DNA of 62,314 nt, filler included. It is 9 parts of 9 records of this genome, joined end to end, with 100 filler letters (N's around TTAATTAATTAA, not from the genome) between each part and the next. Parts side by side here need not be neighbours in the genome. Positions count along the whole stretch, not along the records: positions 1 to 8,517 come from SRR31147125_159767; 8 more parts are not named here. One strand, written 5' to 3'. The position numbers and the translations under genes are program-made. Positions 1 through 8,617 of the stretch are shown here, piece after piece. The notes under the pieces were generated by a model that was not told where the DNA came from, searched no databases, and saw only the letters and a list, made by a program, of their open reading frames with translations. Position 1 is the stretch's first letter. Each line of letters begins with the position of its first letter.

Positions 1-91
1 GCCTGCGGTAAAATTTCCATACGCGCCTTGTTTTTGAACCAAAATCCTACTCATTACGGAAGTCACTGTAGCACTGTAGGAATGGGATTCA

Positions 92-583
92 ATGTCTGAA
101 GAGAACGAACAGAAACTGACTCACTTCGACGCGGACGGCAAAGCCGTGATGGTTGATGTGGGTGGCAAAAAGGAGACCCAGCGGGTCGCCGTTGCCGGCG
201 GAAGCGTCTCGATGAGTGAAGCGGCGTTCGAACTGGTAAAGAGAGGCGGCATGGCCAAAGGTGATGTTCTGGGGATTGCCCGGATCGCCGGAATCATGGC
301 ATCCAAGCAAGTGGACAGCCTGATTCCGCTCTGCCACCCGCTATTGATCAACAAGTCGGAAATCGACTTCAGCTTCGATGATGCACTCAGAACGGTGCAT
401 ATCGAGGCGACGGTGGCAATCACCGGTAAAACCGGTGTCGAGATGGAGGCGTTGACAGCTGTTTCCATTGCCGCTCTGACGATTTATGATATGTGTAAGG
501 CCGTGGACAAAACGATGGTAATTAGTGATATTCGCCTGTTAAAGAAATCAGGAGGGAAAAGCGGCGACTTCAGTCGAGACTGA
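92..583 (+). CDS. moaC: cyclic pyranopterin monophosphate synthase MoaC
   Basis: Motifs [51 protein letters not shown]. Confidence 0.97.
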   Translation: MSEENEQKLTHFDADGKAVMVDVGGKKETQRVAVAGGSVSMSEAAFELVKRGGMAKGDVLGIARIAGIMASKQVDSLIPLCHPLLINKSEIDFSFDDALRTVHIEATVAITGKTGVEMEALTAVSIAALTIYDMCKAVDKTMVISDIRLLKKSGGKSGDFSRD

Positions 584-628
584 TTGAAGATTATCCGAAT
601 CCTGTTTGTGCTGAATCGAGGAGATAAG

Positions 629-994
629 TTGGATGGAAAAAAGGTACTTGAAAAATTTAAAAAGCAGCTGATTGACAAGCGCCAGGAAATCCTCAACGAA
701 GCGGACAAGACGCTTGCGGAGATGACCGATCAGAACTCCAATGTTCCTGACCCGAACGATCGTGCCTCCATTGAATCGGACCGCAGTTTCGAGCTGAGAA
801 TCAGGGACCGGGAGCGTAAACTGCTGTCCAAGATCGAAGAGGCGCTGATCAGGATAGAAGAGGGCGAATACGGTATCTGCGAAGAGTGCGGCTGCGACAT
901 CAATGTCAAGCGTCTCGAAGCACGACCGGTGACGACGCTCTGCATCGACTGCAAGACCATGCAGGAGAAAAAGGAAAAATCCACGGGGCAGTAG
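629..994 (+). CDS. dksA: RNA polymerase-binding protein DksA
   Basis: DPNDRA coiled-coil tip and C4 zinc finger (CEECG...RLEARP..LCIDCK). Likely TTG start at 629 after a GAGGAG RBS. Confidence 0.93.
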   Translation: MDGKKVLEKFKKQLIDKRQEILNEADKTLAEMTDQNSNVPDPNDRASIESDRSFELRIRDRERKLLSKIEEALIRIEEGEYGICEECGCDINVKRLEARPVTTLCIDCKTMQEKKEKSTGQ

Positions 995-1003
995 CACGCT
1001 TTC

Positions 1004-2014
1004 ATGCCCGAACTGAGAAGAGATCCTGTTCTCGGCAGGTGGATTATCATTGCCAGGGAACGACGCAAGCGTCCGACCGATTTCGTGATAGACAAGTCGG
1101 AGGTACTCGGCGGATTTTGCCCGCTCTGTCCGGGAAACGAATCGTTTACCCCACCGGAAGTCCTGGCCTTCAGGGAAGGGGGCTCGATGGAGAAAAACGC
1201 TCCCGGCTGGCAGGTGCGGGTCGTGCCGAACAAGTATCCCGCCCTGCGGATCGAGGGGGAACTCGGCAAGGAGGCAGAGGGTCTGTACGACCGGATGAAC
1301 GGAATCGGTGCACATGAGGTTCTCATCGAGTGCCCCGGTCATCATGACATCTTCTGGGAACTTCCGCACGACCATATCGCCCTCGTATTCAAGGCGTATC
1401 GCGATCGACTGAAAGACCTTGAGCGTGATCCACGGTTCCGCTACGTGATGATTTTCAAGAATTTCGGCCAGGCCGCCGGCGCATCGCTGGAGCATTCTCA
1501 CTCCCAACTCATCGCGCTGCCTGTTCTTCCGAGGATGCTCGTTTCAGAATTCGAAGGAGCCGAATCCTACTATCGTTACAAGGATCGGTGCATATTCTGT
1601 GATATTATCAGGCAGGAGATTCAGCAGGATGTCCGGGTGGTCTGCAGTAATGAACACTACGTTACTATTTCACCGTTTGCGCCGCGCACGCCGTTCGAGA
1701 TGTGGATTCTGCCCAGGGAACATGCATCCGGATTCTGCGCTCACACCCAGACGCACGAAATGCTGCTGAGTCTTGCTGATATCTTTTCGGAGACATTACG
1801 GCGACTTGACACATGTATCCCCAATGTCCCGTACAACTTCGTACTCCACACGCAGCCGCTCCGGTCCGGGCTGATGGAGCATTTCCACTGGCATTTTGAG
1901 ATCGTCCCGAAACTGACCTCGATCGCCGGGTTCGAGTGGGGATCAGGATTCTACATCAACCCGATGCCGCCCGAAGAGGCGACCAGGTATCTACGCGATT
2001 GCCTGGATGATTGA
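1004..2014 (+). CDS. galT: galactose-1-phosphate uridylyltransferase family (GalT/HIT) nucleotidyltransferase
   Basis: ELRRDP, CPLCPGNE, VPNKYPAL and active-site GASLEHSHSQ. Confidence 0.9.
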   Translation: MPELRRDPVLGRWIIIARERRKRPTDFVIDKSEVLGGFCPLCPGNESFTPPEVLAFREGGSMEKNAPGWQVRVVPNKYPALRIEGELGKEAEGLYDRMNGIGAHEVLIECPGHHDIFWELPHDHIALVFKAYRDRLKDLERDPRFRYVMIFKNFGQAAGASLEHSHSQLIALPVLPRMLVSEFEGAESYYRYKDRCIFCDIIRQEIQQDVRVVCSNEHYVTISPFAPRTPFEMWILPREHASGFCAHTQTHEMLLSLADIFSETLRRLDTCIPNVPYNFVLHTQPLRSGLMEHFHWHFEIVPKLTSIAGFEWGSGFYINPMPPEEATRYLRDCLDD

Positions 2015-2025
2015 AGGAGGGTTTC

Positions 2026-2376
2026 ATGAAGACCATACTGCTCGTTGATGATGACGAATCCATCCAACTGCTCTATCAGGAAGTACTACGGGAGGCCGGG
2101 TATCTTGTCGAATCTGCTTTCACCGGTGATGAGGGGCTGGTGAAATTTAAGGAAATAGATCCTGACCTCGTCATTCTCGATATCCAGATGCCGGGTCTCA
2201 ATGGAATCGAGGTGTTGCGGCAGATCAAAATGCTCAATCCGGAAAAGCCGGTTATTCTGAGCAGCGCCTATCACGAATATAAACAGGATCTCGGGGCGTG
2301 GGCGTCTGATGAGTATGTCGTCAAGTCCTCTGATTTGAGCGATCTCACGGATGCCGTCAAGAGGTTACTCTCCTGA
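2026..2376 (+). CDS. single-domain response regulator (CheY-like receiver)
   Basis: ILLVDDD, DLVILDIQMP (phospho-Asp), SSAY and YVVKS. AAGGAGG RBS before ATG 2026. Confidence 0.92.
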   Translation: MKTILLVDDDESIQLLYQEVLREAGYLVESAFTGDEGLVKFKEIDPDLVILDIQMPGLNGIEVLRQIKMLNPEKPVILSSAYHEYKQDLGAWASDEYVVKSSDLSDLTDAVKRLLS

Positions 2377-2392
2377 TACCCCATTGGCTACA

Positions 2393-3175
2393 ATGAAAGA
2401 TATTCAAAATCAGGTCGATAACCGGCGAATCGACATCAAAAAAGTCGGTGTAAAAACGATCACGTACCCGATTACCGTACTCGACAAGGCGCAGAGCAGT
2501 CAGAAGACGGTGGCCACCGTCAATATGTACGTGAATCTTCCGCATCAGTTCAAGGGCACGCATATGAGCCGGTTCATCGAGATCTTGAACCGGTATCACG
2601 GCAAGATCGATATCAGGCAATACCATCTGATTCTTGATGAGATGAAGGAGAGGCTCAATGCCGAGTCCGCCCACCTGGAAATGATTTTCCCGTTTTTCCT
2701 GCAGCGGAAGAATTCACACGACGCGTTGCAGATACGCCAGTACGACTGTGCAATGCACTGTTTTCTCGAACAGGAAAACCACCTGCGGCTGGACATCAAG
2801 GTGCCGGTTGCCGCCCACCCGGCGGAACCTGTTGGTGACAGTCACAAAGGAGACAACTATACTGCCGGGGAGAGCAGGGTGCCGGTGGTCGGGTTGTGGG
2901 GTAACGTGCTGATCAGCGTGAGGTTCAACCGATTCATGTGGCTGGAGGATCTGATCGATATTGTAGAGGATATCATTAGCTCGGAGGGCGGGTTCAGACC
3001 GAACGGGGCGAATGCCAGACCGGTCGAGATGCTGCTTGATAAGCTCGAGCAGACGTTTGCCGGGCGGGAAGAACTGGCCTGGTATGCAATTACCGTTGAA
3101 GATGAGTCGCAGGGCTATTCGCTTTTTGCTCGTTCTTGCAGCGGAGACGAGCATCTCAAGGCAACTGAAATTTAG
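2393..3175 (+). CDS. folE2: GTP cyclohydrolase IB (FolE2)-family protein with degenerate C-terminal half
   Basis: N-half is typical (MKDIQ..D.RRIDIKKVGVK, KGTHMSRFIEIL). C-half lacks the LCPCS, AHNQR, KRPDE and ESIH motifs. Confidence 0.8.
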   Translation: MKDIQNQVDNRRIDIKKVGVKTITYPITVLDKAQSSQKTVATVNMYVNLPHQFKGTHMSRFIEILNRYHGKIDIRQYHLILDEMKERLNAESAHLEMIFPFFLQRKNSHDALQIRQYDCAMHCFLEQENHLRLDIKVPVAAHPAEPVGDSHKGDNYTAGESRVPVVGLWGNVLISVRFNRFMWLEDLIDIVEDIISSEGGFRPNGANARPVEMLLDKLEQTFAGREELAWYAITVEDESQGYSLFARSCSGDEHLKATEI

Positions 3176-3208
3176 AATAATTAATGATACGGGGTAGAGA
3201 AGGTTAAC

Positions 3209-5284
3209 ATGGGTGACTTACTATTTGAGATCGGTACTGAAGAGTTGCCGGCAGGTTTTATCAGGCCGGCGACAGCCGATCTGGAGCGGTTGTTCACGAC
3301 AAAAATGAAAGGGCTGGGACTCGGGTTCGACTCGATCTCCCAGTTTGGAACACCGCGCAGGATCGCACTGGTGGTAACCGGTATCGAGGATCAGCAGCAG
3401 GACAAGGAGGAGGTGTTGCTGGGCCCGTCCAGAAAAGCGGCCTATGATGCTGACGGCAACCCGACAAAGGCCGCGCAGGGCTTTGCCCGGTCAAAAGGCG
3501 CGAGCGTCGAAGACCTCGTTCTTGTCGAGACCCCCAAAGGTGAGTATCTGCAGCTGACCAGAACGGTTCTGGGCAAAAATAGTTCTGAGTTGCTTCCGGC
3601 GGTGCTCAAGGAGATGATTCTCGAGCTGCCGTTTGCCAAGTCAATGAAATGGGGGCGCAACCAGCACACCTTCGCCCGTCCGATTCAGTGGCTGACAGCC
3701 CTGTTCAACGAGAGCATTGTTGAACTGGAGCATGAGGGCATCGTGTCGGCGAACCGGACTCGAGGACACCGTTTCCTGGCCCCGGATTACGTCGAAATTT
3801 CCAGGCCCCTGGATTATGAGGAAATCCTGCGCTCGATTCACGTGATCGGCGATTTCGACACGCGCCGGGAACTGGTTCTTGAAGAGATAACGGCGGCGAT
3901 GGAGCAGACAGACTTTGCTGAAGCTGCCCGGGTTGCCGTAGACGACGGCCTGCTTGATACGGTTACCAACCTGGTCGAATACCCGTTCGGTGTGTGCGGA
4001 CGATTCGATGACAAGTTTCTCGAAGTACCCGAGAAGGTGTTGATCACCTCGATGCGTGAGCATCAGAAATATTTTCCGGTAGTCAGAGCGGACGGCAGCC
4101 TTCTGCCGGGGTTTGTCGCGGTAAACAATACCAGAGTCCTGCAGACCGACCTGACCCGTGAGGGACACCAGCGGGTTCTCAGGGCACGCCTCGAAGATGG
4201 ATTGTTCTTCTTTGAATCAGACAAAAAGAGACGACTTGATGATCGGATCGACGATCTCCAGGGGGTCATCTTTCAGGCCAAGCTTGGTTCCATCAAGGAG
4301 AAGGCAGAGCGCGTCGTGAAGCTCACACGGATGCTGGCTGAGGCCCTGGAGCCTGATCTGGTTGACAGTGCGTGCCGTGCGGCACTGCTCTGCAAGGCCG
4401 ATTTGACCACGGACATGGTTGGTGAATTTCCGTCCCTGCAGGGTGTGATGGGCTCCGCTTATGCGGTTCATGACGGCGAGGACGCCGCGGTTGCCGCGGC
4501 CATACGGGAACACTACATGCCGCTGCGCTCGGGTGCGGAGCTTCCGCCAGGCGGAGCTGGCGCGCTGGTCGGTATGGCCGATCGGATCGATACCATTGCC
4601 GGTTGCTTCGGCATCGGGCAGACGGCTACCGGAACCGCGGATCCGTTTGGTTTGAGGAGGCTCTCTCTCGCGTTACTGCACATTATTACGGATCGTTCGT
4701 ATAGGGTTGAGCTGCCGTCGTTATTCGCCAAGGCGCTGGCGCTGTATGGTGACCGGGTGGATGGCAGCGGCCGGACAGTGGAGCAGATTGTTTCGTTTGT
4801 TCAGGGACGGTTCGTTAATGACTGCGTACGACTGGGAATGGAGCAGAGCGCTGTCGATGCGGTTGTGTCGGTGGAGTTTGTCGATGTTATTGACTGTCTC
4901 AAGCGGATCGATGCATTCGGCGAGGTTCGGAAAGATCAGTCCTTCGATATGCTTGCCGGATCATTCAAACGGATCAGAAATATCATCAAAGACAATGCGG
5001 ATGTCTCAGTGTCGGCCGATCTGTTCCAGGACGAAGCGGAAACGATGTTGTACGATATCTATCTGCAGCTGGAACAGGCTGGAAGCGATAAACTGAAGTC
5101 TGGAGACTACCACGGCTTTCTCGGTGATATGCTGAAGCTGAAAGAGCCGGTTGACCGCTTTTTCGATGACGTCATGGTTATGGCGGAAGATGAGGCTGTA
5201 CGAAGCAATCGGCTAAACCTGCTTACCGCCGTCAACCAGCTGATCCTCAATGTGGGAGATATCTCAAGGATGCACAAGGAGTAA
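3209..5284 (+). CDS. glyS: glycine--tRNA ligase beta subunit
   Basis: LLFEIGTEELP, TPRR, FARPIQW, HQKYFP, VLRARLEDG, MVGEFPSLQG, DPFGLRR and NRLNLL. Confidence 0.97.
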   Translation: MGDLLFEIGTEELPAGFIRPATADLERLFTTKMKGLGLGFDSISQFGTPRRIALVVTGIEDQQQDKEEVLLGPSRKAAYDADGNPTKAAQGFARSKGASVEDLVLVETPKGEYLQLTRTVLGKNSSELLPAVLKEMILELPFAKSMKWGRNQHTFARPIQWLTALFNESIVELEHEGIVSANRTRGHRFLAPDYVEISRPLDYEEILRSIHVIGDFDTRRELVLEEITAAMEQTDFAEAARVAVDDGLLDTVTNLVEYPFGVCGRFDDKFLEVPEKVLITSMREHQKYFPVVRADGSLLPGFVAVNNTRVLQTDLTREGHQRVLRARLEDGLFFFESDKKRRLDDRIDDLQGVIFQAKLGSIKEKAERVVKLTRMLAEALEPDLVDSACRAALLCKADLTTDMVGEFPSLQGVMGSAYAVHDGEDAAVAAAIREHYMPLRSGAELPPGGAGALVGMADRIDTIAGCFGIGQTATGTADPFGLRRLSLALLHIITDRSYRVELPSLFAKALALYGDRVDGSGRTVEQIVSFVQGRFVNDCVRLGMEQSAVDAVVSVEFVDVIDCLKRIDAFGEVRKDQSFDMLAGSFKRIRNIIKDNADVSVSADLFQDEAETMLYDIYLQLEQAGSDKLKSGDYHGFLGDMLKLKEPVDRFFDDVMVMAEDEAVRSNRLNLLTAVNQLILNVGDISRMHKE

Positions 5285-5353
5285 TCTGTTTTTCTGTCGC
5301 TCTCTCCTGGTCTCCATAAAAGGTTGAGCGGGTTGAGCGTAACTGGAGAATAG

Positions 5354-5398
5354 AAAAAGGCTGCCAACGCGTGATGCGGTGGCAGCCTTTTTTCTTTT
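5354..5398. terminator. bidirectional rho-independent terminator between glyS and the cytochrome c3 gene
   Basis: AAAAAGGCTGCCA...TGGCAGCCTTTTT inverted repeat flanked by A and T tracts between convergent genes. Confidence 0.85.
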
Positions 5399-5429
5399 CT
5401 GCTTGCTGATCTCTCAGCTTACGGCATGC

Positions 5430-5840
5430 TTACTTCTTTGGGTGGCAGGGCATGCACTTGGCGAATTTTTCTTTCATATCCGGGTTTTCTTCAACGTGTT
5501 TCTTGTGGCAGTCTTTGCAGTTAACGTGAGCTGCTCCCTTGAAGGTCTCTATTTTTTTCGGCAGTCCGGAACCCTTGTAGTGACAATCCTCACACTTGCC
5601 GATTTCCTGACCCTCGGTGTAGGGAACCTGCTTTCCGTCAGTGGCACTGTGATGACAATCGGCGCAGGTAGCTACTTCCTGATGCTTCGCATGCGGGAAG
5701 ACTGCTGGCTTCGGCTTTTTCGCCTTGTCTTTTTCAGCCTGGAGAACCATGTCGGCGGGACCGTTGTCCACTGCCACACAGATACCGGCTATACTGAGAC
5801 AGGCGGCAGCAAAAATGCAGATCAATACTTTTTTTGTCAT
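5430..5840 (-). CDS. periplasmic tetraheme cytochrome c3 (class III)
   Basis: Signal peptide; FPHAKH; four heme motifs CADCHH, CEDCH, CKDCH and CMPCH. Confidence 0.92.
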   Translation of the reverse strand: MTKKVLICIFAAACLSIAGICVAVDNGPADMVLQAEKDKAKKPKPAVFPHAKHQEVATCADCHHSATDGKQVPYTEGQEIGKCEDCHYKGSGLPKKIETFKGAAHVNCKDCHKKHVEENPDMKEKFAKCMPCHPKK

Positions 5841-5924
5841 GACGATCACTCCTTGTTTTAATTAATATCCGCCTCTATGTGGAAACACATCGGCAACTCT
5901 GAAAATGAACCTCTATTCATTACT

Positions 5925-5953
5925 TTTATACCGGTTTTGCCGTTTGATGTCAA
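5925..5953 (-). promoter_or_regulatory. sigma70 promoter of the cytochrome c3 gene
   Basis: Minus strand reads TTGACA-17 nt-TATAAA, about 85 nt upstream of the ATG. Confidence 0.75.
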
Positions 5954-6005
5954 GTTGCGGTACCGTCTGAAACAGGAATATAATTGTCTGAATTTTAAAC
6001 TAAAA

Positions 6006-6848
6006 TCAATTGGATCCGTAGCTGTGCAGGCCTGAAAGCAGGAAGTTTACGCCGTAATAGGTGAAAATGACGGAGAGCAGCCCGATCAGTGACAGCCAGG
6101 CGATTGTCTTTCCGCTGATACCGCGGGTGTAACGGGCGTGGAGCGTGATCGCGTAGACGAACCAGGTGATGAGCGACCAGGTCTCTTTCGGGTCCCAGCT
6201 CCAGTACGTCCCCCAGGCCGAGTTGGCCCAGATCGCCCCGGTTATGATGCCGGCGCTGAGCCAGATGAAGCCGAGAATCATCGATTTATGGATAATATCG
6301 GCAAGCACATTCAAGGACGGGAGTATTGTCGGCCTATCATCCGTGTCATCTGCCCCGAAATAGGCTTTGAGCAGGTACATCAATCCGAGTGCAGCAGCAA
6401 TTGCAAAAGCCGCATAGCCGACAAAGCAGGTCACCACGTGGGCGAGAAGCCAGTTGGACTGCAGGGCCGGGACGAGCGGGTTGATCCCTTTGTTGATCGG
6501 TGCAAACGATGCATAGGCCATGGCCAGAAACGCCATGGGCACGGCAAAGGCCCCGATGGTCCGGGTCTTGAACTTCCACTCAATATAGAGATAGAGAAGG
6601 ACGATGGTCCATGCAAAAAACACCACCGACTCGTACATGTTGGTGAGCGGCGCGTGTCCGATTCCTATCTGGTATGACTCGATCCAGCGCAGACCGATCC
6701 CGACGGTCTGAACCAGCAGCGCGATAACGGTAAACGAGGTCGCGACAACCCCGATCCGGTTGCTGCGGAAGACCAGTGTCGCGGCGTAGAGAAAGGACGC
6801 GAACAGATAGGTGAAAGTCGTAATGCCGAGTAATTGTGAACTGTCCAT
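6006..6848 (-). CDS. resC: System II cytochrome c biogenesis protein ResC/CcsA (often annotated CcsB)
   Basis: HAPLTNMYES, LVPALQSNWL..HV, WWD domain WGTYWSWDPKETW, GLHSY. Confidence 0.95.
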   Translation of the reverse strand: MDSSQLLGITTFTYLFASFLYAATLVFRSNRIGVVATSFTVIALLVQTVGIGLRWIESYQIGIGHAPLTNMYESVVFFAWTIVLLYLYIEWKFKTRTIGAFAVPMAFLAMAYASFAPINKGINPLVPALQSNWLLAHVVTCFVGYAAFAIAAALGLMYLLKAYFGADDTDDRPTILPSLNVLADIIHKSMILGFIWLSAGIITGAIWANSAWGTYWSWDPKETWSLITWFVYAITLHARYTRGISGKTIAWLSLIGLLSVIFTYYGVNFLLSGLHSYGSN

Positions 6849-6917
6849 ACGGTAAGCCCTGAATTATATAAAAAGGTGGACAGGCAGCAGTGCTGCCGTG
6901 GCAAAAAGCTCCGAGAT

Positions 6918-8244
6918 TTATGCGTTCGACGTATCGTTCTGCAACTGATCAGTGAGATCGGCAAACAGTTTTTCAAAGCCGGGTCGGTTCTTATTGGCGC
7001 TGCCGGCGAGGGTTACTTCAGTGCCGTTTTCCTGTTTTTTCAACACAACCCAGATGCGTCTGTGTGACATGAAAAAGGCGACATAGAGACCGAAGAGCAT
7101 CAGGCCGCAGCCAATGTAGACCCACCAGACACCGGGATCCTTGGCAACCTGGAGACCCGTCGCGTAGAGCTGCTTGACCGCGACCCGGTACGTGCCGCTT
7201 TCCCGCTGCAGTTCAACGTTGCCTTTGTTGTCGACCCAGACCGTGTCGGGGGAGCCGGTACCGTCTGAAAACCAGAGCTTGGCGGTTACGATCTCCTGTC
7301 CTCGCACCTTTGCGTTGACGATACCGAATGTGAGCCCTGCTTCAGTCCACTCGATCTGTTCCTGGAACGGGGCGGTATAGATCCGCTCGTCTGTTCCTTC
7401 CGGCAGGGTCACGGTAATGACGAAATCCTGTGACGGCTGGTAGCTCGACTGGTAAAACGTGATCCCCTTGTACTTGAGGGGATCGTTGACCTCGATGGTC
7501 CTGGTCAGAATTTCCCGATCATCTTCGATGACGGTGAGGCTCGAGGTATATTCTTTGGGCATCCCGTTCGCGTAGAACTCGATGGCGAATTCATTGCAGC
7601 GCACGGTGAACCCCAGTTCCTCGACCCCCTTGTTGCCGAACAGAAACACCTTGTCCCGCTCCATGGTTTCAGGAATCATCACGCTGCCTTTGAACCCTCC
7701 GAGAGAACCGATGATCGCACCCACGAAGATTACCAGAATGGAGGTGTGGACGAGATAGACGCCGGTGCGGGTCCACTGTCCACGCTGTGCGAACAGCGTC
7801 TGCGCCCCGTCAGCGGTTTTTGATGCTGTCTTGAAACCTTTGCTCTTGAGCACGTCGGTAATCGAAGCTCCGGTTTCCGAGGGGGGAATCGACGGCCCAA
7901 GACGCCCGGTTGGACATTTTGGATATCCGGTCTACCGGTACTGTAAGACCGTCGCTTTTCACCTGCTTCCAGACACCGGGGAACCGGTCGATAGAGCAGA
8001 TGACGAGGTTGAAGGCGAGCAGGAAAAGCAGCGCCAGGAACCACCACGAGTTGTACATGTCCGGAATGTCGAGGATCTGGAAAATCTGGGCGGTGGTCGG
8101 GCCGAAATTGGCTATATAGAACTGGGCGGCCTCTTTCTGCGGGATTACTGTCCCAATAATGGACGTAACGGCGATGAGAAAGAGAACAAGAAGCGCTAAT
8201 TTGACCGAAGCGAAAAACTGCCACAGCGAATTACTTTTATTCAT
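6918..8244 (-). CDS. resB: System II cytochrome c biogenesis protein ResB/Ccs1, with an apparent frameshift at a homopolymer
   Basis: N-part FFASVKLA..SIIGTVIPQ..YNSWWF (start 8244). C-part YLVHTSIL, IEVNDPL.YKG.TFYQSSY, TGLQVAKDPG. Deleting one base of the G6 run at 7881-7886 joins the two ORFs. Confidence 0.9.
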
Positions 8245-8517
8245 ATCCGAGAGGTAATAATAACGATTATCATAAGCAAAAGTACTTGCTACCATGTGGT
8301 GGTCTCCTGTGCAAGTAAAATACACCGGTGATCGCCACGCCGGAAACTCTAAACGTTTTTTGGCAGGTTAGAAAGAAAATTCTTAAATACATGGGAAATT
8401 GCTCGAAGGGAATTATGGTTACCCTGGTCAGTTTCAATTACCCGATATATTCGCGTTTCATGATTTCTCTAGTTTCCATCCGAAAATGCAGCATTTTGTT
8501 CAAGATCGAGGCGCATA

Positions 8518-8617
8518 NNNNNNNNNNNNNNNNNNNNNNNNNNNNNNNNNNNNNNNNNNNNTTAATTAATTAANNNNNNNNNNNNNNNNNNNNNNNNNNN
8601 NNNNNNNNNNNNNNNNN
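8518..8617. other. artificial contig spacer
   Basis: N44-TTAATTAATTAA-N44, with stops in all six frames. Confidence 0.99.
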
